Below the pieces are notes generated by a model. It did no database searches. It saw nothing but the letters and a program-made list of their open reading frames with translations, and was not told the origin of the DNA. The translations under genes and the position numbers were made by a program. A DNA stretch of 64,000 nucleotides from Octopus vulgaris (Eukaryota): contig OX597822.1 of the NCBI GenBank assembly GCA_951406725.2, positions 17,856,001-17,920,000 of the forward strand, in the 5' to 3' direction. Each line of letters begins with the position of its first letter. Within the stretch, counting starts at the first letter, position 1. This document shows, one piece after another, positions 13,146-25,419 of the stretch.

Positions 13146-14918
13146 ATGTATATAGGTTCAGGAATGGCTGTGTGGTTTATGATGTTTGTTTCACAACCCC
13201 ATGGTCTCAGTATCACTCCCATACCAGGGCATCTTGGGCTAATCTCTTTCCCATGGCCTTGACAATCACCAAAACCTTGTGAGCAAATTTAGAATTTAAG
13301 TGGCAGAAGAAACCATGCAGAAGTCCTTTGTGGGTGTGTATGTGGTGTAAGCCCAATATGGTCAAACAGTCAAGAAGTTCATTTTGCAATGACAAAGCCT
13401 CTGGTTCAATCCTATTGCTCAGCATCTTGTGCTAACTTCATTTTCTTTAGGCTTGAGTTAATATCTGCCTCATAAGTGAAATATGATCGATGGAAACTGT
13501 ACAGAAGCCTGTCAGATTGTTTGTAAAAGAAGCACAGCCTTGCCACAATCTGTTTCATACACTGAATCTGTCTGAGAATTCCATACAGGGGACACCAAGT
13601 ATTAGAGGAATATTCTGCCACTTACACATTAATTGAAGAACAATAATTTTACAGAATTGAATAAAACTGAATCACAATCATTGAACGATGGGAAACCATT
13701 CAGTCATGCATCCACACACACACACACACGTGTGTGTGTGTTTACATATGTGCATGTATTTATATCTCCTTGTTTTGATATTGCATGTGAATAAGTGCCA
13801 CCATCGTACAAGTGGTGTCGTATGTTTGCAATTGTCCATGATAACATGTCTGGCCTTGGGAGGTGTATTACTTTGCTTAGAAACAGTTGAGGGTTTGCAA
13901 CAGGAAAGGCATCCAGTCATAGACACCCTTCCTCAGTAGATTTCATCTGATCCATGCAAGCAAGGAAAAGTAGATGTTGGCATAATGGTGGTGGTGTTGG
14001 TGGTGGCAGTGATATATTTGCTATTTAAATACAAGTAAATACCATTCATAATTATTTGTAAATATAAGAAAACAAACTCTATTGTGTCAGTTGAAAGAAA
14101 CTTGTTTCTTTTTTTCTTTCTTTTTTTTTTCTTCATTAACAAAAAACTGAAACTGCAATCAGCTGTGAATAACAGAAAAGTCTTCTGTTTGAAATCTAAT
14201 CCTACTTGAGACTGAACTAGCTGCCACATCGTACAATACTTTAACCCTGTCACAGACAGTGTCTCAATGGAAATCATTCTATGAGCAGAGGTGGAACAAA
14301 TGATTCCCATGCCAACAAGCTACTAGAATTCAGTTAAATGCCAAAAAAAAAAAAAAAGAAAAGAAAAAAAGATTATGAGTCATCAAGAGTTTAGTTGCAT
14401 AAAGATGTAGGTTTTCATTTTATCATAGTCATTATTATTATTATTTCCAGCAGTCACCATGCTGCAATTTAGCATGAGTTAATACAGCAATGATAATATT
14501 AAGAAAATATTATCTCTCTCTCTCTCTCCAACTTCTTAATATTTATTTCTTTTTTCTTATCTAAATACCTCACAATGTTCAGAAAGCTAAATAGATCTGC
14601 CAGTATTTTTCTTGCTGTAATTTAAACTCTGCTCACTTCATTGCTAACAACTGCTGTAACCTGCAAATGTTTGCTTCTTCATGGAATTTCGTTAGCTGCA
14701 TTGTGACTGAGTACCGTGTAATCTATTTGTTTTTATTGTATTTATGTCTCTCTTTCTGACAAGCCATTTTACTGTATTTTGGTGACATGGTTGCTAAGTC
14801 GAAGAGAATTTCCTGGTGATATGTGCCATTCATTTATGTTTCACTTTTATTGCAAACATCTCTAGACAATGTCCCCGAGAGATAATATCTATTGCCAGAA
14901 AGTTATCTCTTACTATTC

Positions 14919-14956
<38 letters not shown>

Positions 14957-15539
14957 CATCATTATTGTTATTATTATTGTTATTAATTTTTTATTATTAT
15001 GCTTTTTTTGTTTATGTTTTTTTCCAGTACAGCTCCCCCTCCATATGCATAGCTTTGAGGAATTAATATTTGGACAGCAACTCAGATAGAGATAAATACA
15101 ATTCAGTTATAATGTCATCGTCTATATTTGTCTGTCTTGCACAAATATTTATTAATATATGATGAAATATATCTGAAACAGGAATCTATTATTATATATA
15201 AGAACTTCAAAAGCATACCTATTCTTTTAATATTGGATGGTTTGCTTGCAGTAAATATCTAATTTAATTGCAGCAATAGACTATCTGTGTGTGTGTGTAG
15301 TCTTTTTATATACATCTTCCTGTTGTATGCATTTTATATATTAACATATTGGCAAGGATTTTTGCTTGTGAGGAAATGAATGATTATCCTTGTCTGAACA
15401 TCTTACTGTATCTGTTGCACTTAAACACACAAAGACATGTATACCAGAAAGAAGTAATTTTACTCTGGAAATATTAAAAAGAAAAAAAAAACGGCCAACA
15501 AACATCAGGAAGCAATTGGTGAGTTGCTGTACGTTTCGA

Positions 15540-15900
15540 TATCAAGCACACGCTCTCATATCACAATGTTCTGGTATCTCATGGATTCGTCATTTCAAGT
15601 TTTTCAAAGCGAACAAGGTTAGTCTTCTTTACGGATGTGAAGAGTCTGTGGGACTGAAACCTGGATTATGAAGGAGTTTTAAGTTCACCAGGATTCTCAC
15701 AACAACTTAAAACATCTGAGAGCAAGAACACAAGACTAAAGATGAAACTCGAGGTCACATTCCTCCTTGTGCTTTAATGTTGCTCAACGCAGGTAGACTT
15801 TGCCAGTGATTGCTATCATGCAGAAGAAAAAGCCATATGATGTGTGATATTTGAGAGAGTTTCAAATTCTGCTAGGGGATGTATATCACTCATCTTTACT
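15540..15900 (+). mobile_element. Highly decayed RTE/RTEX-like LINE fragment
   Basis: FFKANKVSLLYGCE, followed by remnants resembling TRML..NI..GHIPP..AQRR..FA..CY. Confidence 0.4.
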
Positions 15901-16024
15901 GATGTTGGGAGTAGGGACATACAACATGAAGTTGGGGTGCTACCAAGGCAAATGGGAAATAATTTGATTTTTTGGTACAGAACGGCACCTCAGTTGCAGC
16001 TACATGAAACTGAAGAATAGGATA

Positions 16025-16450
16025 TTCTCATTATCATTTTAATGTCTACTTTCACATACTTATATGGGTCTGATAGTGTTAATAGAGGCCAATTTTCTAA
16101 GGTCACTTGTCCTACTTGTCACCAACCCTCACCTGTTCGCAAGCAAAGTAATAACTCCTCATGGCCAGACATAATTATATAGAATACTGGAAATAAATGA
16201 CACTGCTCGTACAACAATGTCACTTGTTCACAGCAACCATACAATACCAAGGCAAAGAGACACATACACACACACACGCACACACGCACACACACACTCA
16301 TATTCTTTCAGGTTCCAACTACCAAATCCACTTGCAAGACTTTGTTCAGGCCAGGGCTTTAGTGGAAGACACATACCTAATGTGCCATGCAGTGGGAATG
16401 AACCTGTGTGGTTGGGAAGTAAACTTTGTCCTGTCCAGATATAAACTACA
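16025..16450 (-). mobile_element. SINE with tRNA/CORE-like head and RTE-type 3' tail
   Basis: The head matches the 17770 SINE in reverse (accaaatccac..gaagacac..gtgccatgcagtggga..gaacc). The tail resembles the RTE 3' terminus. Confidence 0.6.
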
Positions 16451-17127
16451 AATAAATATGTTATGGTCGGATTGTTAGAGTCACTCCAAGCACTTGTTGT
16501 ACTTGATACCAGATCTGCCTGTTTAATCAAATGTGACAAAGAAGATAGTCCCTTTGATGCTCCATACTATCTGACAGTAGATGACTATCAATATTAACCC
16601 TCACTGATGATTGTAACATGTTAATCACATGCAATACATTCTTACAAGCTTTTCCTATTGGCCACTAAAAATAATGTGTGTATTACATCATATGAAATGT
16701 GGAGGGTTCCCCTGTCTCAAGGGCACCTACATGGAACTGGATATATTCAGCTTGCCACAAAGTAAGGGTTAACCAGCTCCTGCGAGACCCATGTCCCATC
16801 ACATAAAAACTGATTAGGGAAAGTAGAACTAGAAAAGAGACTGCAAAGCACCATTTCTGTTGCTTTAACACTTCTGCCTTCAACTGGTTGTTTGTTTATC
16901 AACCCTAGAAAGATGAATGACTAATTTAACCTTGATTTGATCTCAAAAAGATTTGAACTCAAAGCTCAGAGATCCAGAACAAATACTCTCAGACTTTCTA
17001 TCCACTTCTGTAATGACTCTTCCAGTTTGCCATATTTTGATTCCTAGCTCAAGTGTTGACTGCTTCGTTGCTGTAGCTTGAGATGAAGGTCTATACAATG
17101 CTAAGGCTGAGGAGTCAAAGCTAATCA

Positions 17128-17320
17128 CCATCATCATCATTGTTTAACGTCCATTTTCCATGCTGGCATGGGTTTGACGGTTTGACTGAGGACTGGCAAG
17201 CCAGCAGCTGCACCAGTCTCCAGTCTGATCTGGCAATGTTTCTACAGCTGGATGTCCTTCCTAATGCCAACCACTCCGAGAGTGTAGTGGGTGCTTTTTA
17301 TGTGCCACTGGCACGGGGGC
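17128..17320 (-). mobile_element. Short 3'-terminal copy of the RTE family found at 29133 and 61540
   Basis: (CAT)n, then tttaacgtccattttccatgctggcatggg..ctacagctggatgtccttcctaatgccaaccactccgag. Confidence 0.85.
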
Positions 17321-17769
17321 AGACAGGTAAGAATTGATGTTGAAAATATCCTCAACTAACAAAGCATTCTTTAGGTAAATAGCTACAGGCATGGCTGAGT
17401 AGTTAACAAGTTTGGTTTGCAGCCTCTTAGATCTAGATTCAATCCTTCTCCACAACACCTTGGATCTTCTGTGATTGCCTTGGGCTAACCAATTGTATCT
17501 AGAATTTAGTTGAAGGAAACTGTGCTAAAGCTTGTTGCATATATGAACGTGTGTGTCCATTGGTTATGATTGGATGCTTTAGAAGTTCAGTTTGAATCAC
17601 ATTCTTCTGAATTTCTATTTTACTGCAAAGAACTCTGAGTCTTCTAAAGTCTTTGCTTGACAAATAGTTTGTGAGTAGAATTTGATAGACTTGAAGTAAG
17701 CTGATGCATAATGTATCAATATATATATGTGTGCAGGAGTGGCTGTGTGGTAAGTATCAATATATATTA

Positions 17770-18154
17770 GGCGCAGTAGTGGCTGTGTGGTAAGTAGCTT
17801 GCTAACCAACCACATGGTTCCGGGTTCAGTCCCACTGCGTGGCATCTTGGGCAAGTGTCTTCTGCTATAGCTCCGGGCCGACCAATGCCTTGTGAGTAGA
17901 TTTGGTAGATGGAAACTGAAAGAAGCCTGTCGTATATATGTATATGTATGTATGTGTGTGTCTGTGTTTGTCCCCCTAGCATTGCTTGACAACCGATGCT
18001 GGTGTGTTTACGTCCCCGTTACTTAGCAGTTCGGCAAAAGAGACCAATAGAATAAGTACTGGGCTTACAAAGAATAAGTCCCGGGGTCGATTTGCCCGAC
18101 TAAAGGCGGTGCTCCAGCATGGCTGCAGTCAAATGACTGAAACAAGTAAAAGAG
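17770..18154 (+). mobile_element. Near-intact tRNA-derived SINE (CORE-like middle, OR2-like) with CR1-type 3' tail
   Basis: A box tggctgtgtggtaag, B box gggttcagtccc, core catcttgggcaagtg, internal TA/TG microsatellite, and tail ggcggtgctccagcatggctgcagtcaaatgactgaaac. Confidence 0.85.
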
Positions 18155-19754
18155 TGCCCTCATCTTTTGTTTAATGTTGCATTTTTCTGTGTCCTGTAAC
18201 TTATCATCTTGACAAATAGAGAATGATGAAATAAAGTACTGAGTAGCTGGTCAAATGCCCAAGCATAGCCACAATCCAATGACTAGAAGAAAAAAAAATT
18301 TTAAAAAAACATCCACAGTTCCTTAACCAGGTTCTGTAAAAGTGTGTAGCCTAATGGTTTTCGGATTGTAGGGTCATGAGACGAATGTCTGCATTGAGTG
18401 GTATGTTGTTTTGTCTTTGAGTAAGGTGCTTCGTTTTAACATTGTTCCAATCTTCTCAGCTGAAAATGAGTGCTGGTGCAACCATTCCTCTCACTCTTCA
18501 TCTGTCACATCTTTGATATTCCCTTGGTTCAAGAGCCAAGAGGCCTTTGTGTCTGTTCACAGCTACATTTCTGCCTAAATCAGTGAGTAAAATCACAGCA
18601 CATGCTACCAGACCATACTTGCTTATGAGTGACAACTATAGTTTTATAGACAAACATATGCATGGATATCAATGGAAAGTGCTAAACTTACTAATACATC
18701 CACCGATTCTTTACATAAATAATCTCATTGTTTTAAATGACACTGTAAATATATATTTAAGTCCTAATTCCTAAGACAGCAATTTTCAACATGGAGATGA
18801 AGTTGTGGAAGATACATGGCTAATCAAATGTCAAAGTTCAACACAAACCAACATAAAAGCTTTAAATGTCAAGTAATGTTTTATTATGTACAGGCTGTTT
18901 GGTAGCTTAGTTGTGTATTTTTACCAAGACGACCTTGTCCTTTCTGCATGGTTAAGTGGGGAGGTAGGCTTTAGATGTCCCAAATGCATGTCATGAGTTA
19001 GAATAGGGTCAGCGGTCATGATTGAGGTCAACCGTCCAGGGCTTTTATCATTCATTTGAAGTTGTATTCTGTTTGAAATCCTGTTCATTGATACTCAAAG
19101 AATATAAACAGAAGGAATTCTAGTGAACTTCAGTTTCAATTGGGTGCAGTATTCCATGTTGACAAAGTTGAAATGAAAAGTGATGGAGGAGAAGATTCCT
19201 CACGAGAATCGAAATGAAGGCAGTTTTTGATTTAGAGAAACAGAAACTGGCATAAAAGGGGGAAAAGCAATAATGTCTGCAAGTCAGAGGTGAATGGATT
19301 TTTGGCAATCATCAGAATGGCCTGCTTTTCTGTGCATGTCTTCTACATTTCAGAGATAAGAACTACGTCTCTTCTCTGGTACTTTTGTGTCTAAAAGACA
19401 GGTTTATAAAGATGCACGAATTAAAATATTAACAGGAAAAGAAAACAGGTTCATGTTTGGTTGTGTGGTTAAGAGACTTGCATTGCAACCACATGATTTT
19501 GGGTTTCAATCCCACAGCACAGCATCTTGTCTTTTTAAGGCCCTGGTCAAACAATGCCTTCTGAGAGGATTTGCTCCATAGAAACTACATGAAAGTCTGT
19601 TGTATATGTATATATATGTGTGTGTGAGCATGTGTTTGTTTGTTCCACTACCACTTGACAACTAGTGCTGGTTTGTTTACATCCCTATAACTTGGCAATT
19701 CATAAAAAGCATCTGATAAAATGAGCAATAAACTTTTGATAAAATAAATACTGG

Positions 19755-19887
19755 ACATTACATTATTTATATTGGATGAATATATGTCCTCATCTTGTTT
19801 GCTACCATGGGCATATAGTGTAGTGGTTAAGTGTGCAGGCTACTAACCCCAAGAATGCGAGTTCAATTCCAGGCAGTGCCTTGAATA

Positions 19888-19925
<38 letters not shown>

Positions 19926-20119
19926 CATCATCAAAAAAAATATACCTTAGGAATGAGAACCCAGGGTTGGGTTCAAAATTCTACCAGGTCACCTGATGAA
20001 GGCTGGAGAGTAAACCAGCCGAAACGTTGTGGTAACAACAAACAAGATGAGGACAAATATCCGTCCATTGTAAATAATGTAAATAATGTGCAGAATTCCT
20101 CATCTCTAAAATATAGAAG
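19755..20119 (+). mobile_element. tRNA-headed, hammerhead-containing short retroelement with Penelope-like inverted end and tail (copy 1)
   Basis: 14-bp TSD. A 44-bp inverted arm at 19758-19801 matches 20039-20082 (39/44). tRNA-like head at 19809-19880 (A box tagtgtagtgg, B box gagttcaattcc), then (TAA)n, the hammerhead, and a 37-nt unpaired tail. Confidence 0.85.
19988..20033 (+). ncRNA. Minimal type I hammerhead ribozyme motif
   Basis: Stem I gtcac/gtggt, core CTGATGA (19993-19999), stem II ggctgg/ccagcc, GAAA, loopless palindromic stem III AACGTT, predicted cleavage after GUU. Confidence 0.8.
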
Positions 20120-21212
20120 AAAATAAATACTGGGTTAATTTGTTTGACTTAATCCTTCGAGGTGATGCTCCAGAATGGCAGCAGTCTAATGGCTGAAGCC
20201 TGTAAAAGATAAATGCTTATAGGTTGGCTCCAGCTGGGCTAAATTGTGGTTATGTAACAACAACAGAGGAGAGAGTCTATGCAGTCTACTGAAAATGATA
20301 GCCAAATGGTCCTCAAATGACACCCGACTCTCTTGGAAAACGATTGGTGTATAGTCACTAATGTACTTGGAAATATGTAATTCTTATGAGAAGGACAGGG
20401 TTGCCATGGTTGGATAGAATTTGACTGTAAGTTTAGTCATTCAAGGTTGACCTGGGGTTAAAAAACAACCACCACACAATCAATGAATCCCCTTCCCCAT
20501 TCAACCAGATGTTGAGTTGGTTTGTAACTACAAATTACTTGATTGTCTATCCACATGAAATAATTAGGCTTAATTAGAACTCTTCAGTTTATCAACATTT
20601 TTTCTACTAATAAGCAACGAGGTTTCTATGCACCAATCTCTGTCATAAAAGAAGAAATGATGCTAAATATAGTGAAGCTGTAATTAAACGTTGGTGTTAA
20701 TTACAGCAATCACCACCCCTGTCATCATAGTCTATAAGGGAGATGTGAGAGAATCTTGAGGAATGGTTAAATGATAATTCTTTTTCAAAACAGACACAAA
20801 GCAGCAAATTCTTTTGTTAGTGGGGGATGGGTTAGTCATTTCCATTGGCTTGTATTTTATTTCACTGACCCTGGGAAAGTGACCTGGGTAGGATTTGAAC
20901 TCATAATGCAAAGACCCAGAACAAATACCACATCCTCTTCACTGATACTCTAGCAATACTCCCAGTTTACTATTCTTGATCTTATTTCAGTCATCAGACT
21001 GTGGTCATGCTGGGGCACCACCTTGAAGAATTATAATTGAATGAACAGACCTCACTACATAGTGTTTCCTTTTTTTTAAGTGTAATACTTATTCTGTTGG
21101 TTTCTTTTGCTGAACCTCTAAGCTATGGAAATGTAAACACACCAATGCCAGTTGTCAAGTGGTGGAGGTGGACAAACTCACACACATACACACACACACA
21201 CATGATATGCTT

Positions 21213-21502
21213 TTTACATTATTTACATTTGATGGATATTTGTCCTCATCTTATTTGTTGTTAACACAACATTTCGGATGATATAACCTCCAACCTTCAT
21301 CAGGTGTCTTGGGGTAATTTTGAACCTGGGTTCTCATTCCTAAGGCATTTTTCGATATTATTATTATTATTATTCAGGTCACTGCCTGGAATCGAACTCA
21401 GAATCTTGGGGTTATTAGCCTGCACTCTTAACCTCTACGCTGTGGGCATATATCTGTCAAATGTAAATAATGTACATAATTCCTCATCTCTTAAATATAG
21501 AA
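21213..21502 (-). mobile_element. tRNA-headed, hammerhead-containing short retroelement (copy 2; body inverted, tail direct)
   Basis: The minus strand reads tRNA head (21377-21440), (TAA)n, ttaggaatgagaacccagg, hammerhead, 3' arm. The right end repeats the arm plus the tail aattcctcatctcttaaatatagaa in plus orientation. Confidence 0.82.
21263..21308 (-). ncRNA. Hammerhead ribozyme motif, partly decayed
   Basis: Minus strand: gacac CTGATGA aggttgg aggttatat catcc GAAA tgtt gtgtt. Stem I is gacac/gtgtt. Stem II has mismatches and stem III shows CpG decay. Confidence 0.65.
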
Positions 21503-21643
21503 CTGTAGGCGTTTTTCAGTTTCCAGCTACCAAATCCATTCACAGGGCTTTGGTCAGCCAGAGGTTATACCTGGAGATATTTGCCCAAGATGTCGTACAA
21601 TAACACTGAACCTGTAACCATGGGGTTTGGAAGCAAGATTCTT

Positions 21644-23033
21644 TATTTCAATATTTTGCCATAAAGGCATTACACAGAGGGGTACACTACAACACATGTA
21701 GGGACATATAAACAATTAAAAATAAAAAAATTAAATGTGATATAATGAATGATACATGAACAACAAATCAAAATATAAGCTGAATGATATCTGAAAATGA
21801 TATTATGAAGAATGTGCTACTCACCCCCACACTGAGTAACACCACTCCCTTCCTCTGGGTCCTAAGTCCTTTTTCTCCTTCAGTCCCTTTTCTTCCTTTT
21901 TCCCCTTTCTCCATCACTTAGTGACAACATCCCCCCCCCACCAGGCATCCGTAACCTTTTTCACGGGGGGGGGGTCAGTATAGGGAGGGTAGGTCTGAGT
22001 AGCCTTGGATGGGATGGAGTTGGACTGGGGTACCACATTATACTCTTTTCTTTTTTTCCTTTTTCTCCTTCTGCTCTCTGTAACTTTCCATTCTTCTTCC
22101 TTTTCCTCCTTTCCTCAGTCTGTCTTTTCTTCCTCTTTTTTCTCTTCTGTCTCCACAACTGTTTCCTCAGCCATTGTCCTCTGTAGAGGGCAGTATGCTC
22201 TAATGTGGCCCTTTTGGCCACATTTAAAACAACGTGATACTCTGCCCTCTACCCACACCCTCAGCACGATTTCCCCCAACGTCACTGTCTCTGCCAAGTT
22301 CTCCAATTGACTCTCCTCCACCTGAATAATTAGTTGAAGTGTCCTTCCTTTCCACCCTCCTTCTTCCGTTTCTGTGGCTTGGAGGACCTTCTCCTCGCTT
22401 CCAACAAGGACAGCTGCTGCTACCCAAGCCACTTTTATATCTGGTGGAATTGCTTCTACCCTCACCTTGGAAGTCTTTCTTCCAAGATACGTGGGCAGAA
22501 GCACTATTTCCTCTGTCCTCACCACTACACTCGCCAGCCTCCTCGCCTCTTCCACTGTCCTAAGCTGGACAACCACCGTCCCGTCTTTATTTACTTCCTC
22601 TTGTTATATATGCAATTTGGCTTGATTGTTCCCTCAGTGCCTTTTCTATTTTTGCTGCTTCCACCTGTTCAAACTTCTTATACTCCAAGGAGTGTACTTT
22701 TTAGGTGATGGTCTTCTTTTCCATGTTCTCCATAATTCTTTTAGGCAGCGACAACTTCACGTCGCCTCCCACCTTCATCCTCTTGCCATACTTCTTCAAT
22801 TTGGCTAGGTCCACTTCCCTTCTCTTAACCTCCACAGCCTCAGCAAAACTCCTTGTTTTTTCCAATATTTTATCCATTTTTTCCCCCGCCCTCACGAGCT
22901 CCTCCTCTGTTGAAGACGACTCACACCCACTACAGCCTGACTACTTTGTCTCTATCCTCAAAGCAGCAACAAAAGCCAACGTCCGACACAAACAACAAAC
23001 CAAATGCACTCTGGGTGACACATGCACAGGGAC
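21644..23033 (-). mobile_element. Full-length ORF1-only (HAL1-like) non-autonomous L1/Tx1-type retroelement
   Basis: TSD gcaagattctt (21633-21643) and gcaagcttctt (23034-23044). About 155-nt 5'UTR, a gag-like ORF, a T-rich 3'UTR ending at aataaa, and no EN or RT sequence. Confidence 0.78.
21817..22877 (-). pseudogene. ORF1p-like nucleic-acid-binding protein with CCHC zinc knuckle (disrupted)
   Basis: MDKILEKTRSFAEAV...GTVVVQLRTVEEARRL..LLPTYLGRKTSKVRVEAIPPD..LRVWVEGRVSRCFKCGQKGHIRAYCP, then an acidic/basic tail (EWKVTESRRRKRK). It has several stops and at least one frameshift; the 3' end is approximate. Confidence 0.75.
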
Positions 23034-23069
23034 GCAAGCTTCTTACCATGCACTCACATCTACACCTAT

Positions 23070-23269
23070 TATTCTTTTACTTGTTTCAGTCATTTGACTG
23101 AGGCCATGCTGGAGCAAAAAAAGTTGTCCCCAGGACTTATTCTTTGTAAACCTAGTACTTATTCTGTTGGTCTCTATTGCTGAACTGCTAAGTTACAGGG
23201 ACATAAACACACTAGCATTGGTTGTCATGCGATGTTGGAGGGGGGGGACAAACACAGACACAAACATGT

Positions 23270-23310
<41 letters not shown>

Positions 23311-23496
23311 CATACACACATCGCTAGCCACTAAACCTTTTTCTATTTTCTCTCCCTGTTTATTTCTGTGTTCCTTTCTATCAAAGAGTGTAGGCTCAAA
23401 ACATAAAAGACTTTCTCACTTCCCAAGTGTTAAACTAATACATCTGTTTGTTGTTTACATAACCATCTTCATCTTTTGTGTTTTTGTAAATCCTCA

Positions 23497-23527
<31 letters not shown>

Positions 23528-23692
23528 CACAATGGGCTTTCAGTTTCCATCTACCAAATCCACTCACAAGGCTTTGGTCTGCCCAAGGCTATAGTAGAAG
23601 ACACTTTCCCAAGGTTCCACACAATGGGACTGAACCCGGAATCATGTGGTTGGTAAGCAAGCTACTTACCATGCAGCCACTCCTGCTCCTAT
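23070..23692 (-). mobile_element. CORE-like SINE with a Penelope-like terminal remnant (about 23320-23497) in its microsatellite
   Basis: Tail cttgtttcagtcatttgactg, head ccatgcagccactcctgctcc, and an unrelated 180-bp insert flanked by (TA)n. Confidence 0.75.
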
Positions 23693-25139
23693 TGTGAACA
23701 AATATATAATAATTGATTCTGACTTCAGTAAGCTTTGGGGGGAGGGGGTTTCTTGGTAGCATTGGCTCTGGTTCTAAACTACCAACTTATTACAGCCATC
23801 CCTGATGGATGAAATGCCTGATTGGATTAGAACTCAGAACATAAGAGTTGGACAAAAAATTGCAAGGCATTTATTTTGTTTCATGTCTCATTCTGTCCAC
23901 TCATCATCATTATCATCATCATCATCATGATGGTTGTTTTATTATTCACGTTTTCACACTTGCATGCATTTGATAGAATATGTTGAGGCAGTTTTTCTGT
24001 AGCCAGATGCCCTTTCTGTTGCCAACACTTGTCTGTTTCTAAGGAATGTAATATTACTCCTTGGCTGGACATGTATTCTTGGAAGACATTGGTTGTGTGA
24101 TGATGTTGCTCATTCACAGTTATCATGTGATGTGAAGACAAGAAGACACAGTAACACAGAACACACTCATGTAAATAATTATATATATTTCTATAAATAA
24201 TCATCAGTGACTGAAGCAGTATTAAGCAGAAAAGGCAATCGTTACGTCCCATGATACATGAAAGCAAACATATTTGTATCATTGGCAGATAAGAATCACC
24301 TTCTACAGGTGTCAAAACTGCATTTCTTCAGTACAGCCACTGGTATGTTGCTTGTGAACGGCTTTCACTGAAGAGGTGCAGTACATTGAAATTATGTGAT
24401 CAAGCAGTTCTGGTGTCCATGGCAGATGATTCTCATCTGATAACGCTATAATTATGTATGCTTTTGAGCACCATGCATCCATTTCAAAGGTCCTCTCAAG
24501 GTGAATACCACAATATTTGGCATTCTAACAAAACATTCATGTGAAGCTTGACACAAAGATTACCTTTTGTGGTGTGTGTGTGTGTGTGTGTGTTGACACA
24601 GCAAGAAAAAATGCAAAACACAAATAAGAAACTGTTGTCTGTCTCTCTTTAATAACCCAGAATCTTGGTGCAGGATCTCATTCATTTAAGTCTGCTGACA
24701 ATTACTTACTCAAAAATTACAGAGAAAAAAGGAAAACGATTTTCATATTGCAATACAATAAAGATTGCAAATTTTCTCCTAAATTCAATATTTAATTTTG
24801 AATAATAGCTCTGTAATTGAAGAACGATATTCATGATAACGGTGAAGCCACATATAGGAAATATATTGAGTTGAGTTCAAGTGTCAAAGAAATATAAATT
24901 TCTAATTTCATAAAGTAGAAAAACATTAACATCTGAGAAATTAAACGAACTTGGTAGACTCAAAGAATTATTTTGATAATGTGTAGGTTTTGTTGTAATA
25001 TGTTTTTGTGGTTTTTGTTGTAACATATTTTTTCTTTCTGGAAAATTTAACTTTCTATGATACATATATATATATATATATACCTATCTATCTATCTATC
25101 TATCTATATAACTATACACACGTGTCTATACCTCTCTAC

Positions 25140-25190
<51 letters not shown>

Positions 25191-25367
25191 GAGGCATATC
25201 TATATCTATTAGTATGTATATATATATATATATAACACATTATGTGGTTGATAAGTTTGCCTCTCAACCTCCATCTGTGGAGCATCTTGGGTGATTGCCT
25301 TCTATTATGGTGTCAGGCAAACCAAACTTTTGTAAGTAGATTTGGTAAACAGAAACTGAAAGAAGCT

Positions 25368-25419
<52 letters not shown>

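Larger units (their letters stand above)
19448..20213 (+). mobile_element. Older copy of the same SINE, split by the ribozyme-bearing element
   Basis: Head at 19448-19600 and tail at 20120-20213. aaaataaatactgg is duplicated at 19741-19754 and 20120-20133. Confidence 0.75.
20975..23066 (-). mobile_element. CORE-like SINE split into three pieces (20975-21212, 21503-21643, 23034-23066) by two insertions
   Basis: Tail, middle and head segments are collinear with the reverse complement of the 17770 SINE once both inserts are removed. Confidence 0.7.

Noticed and set aside
19809-19880. Possible tRNA gene
   Set aside because: The acceptor and anticodon stems are imperfect and it is embedded in a repeat with a TSD, so it is treated as a SINE-type head.
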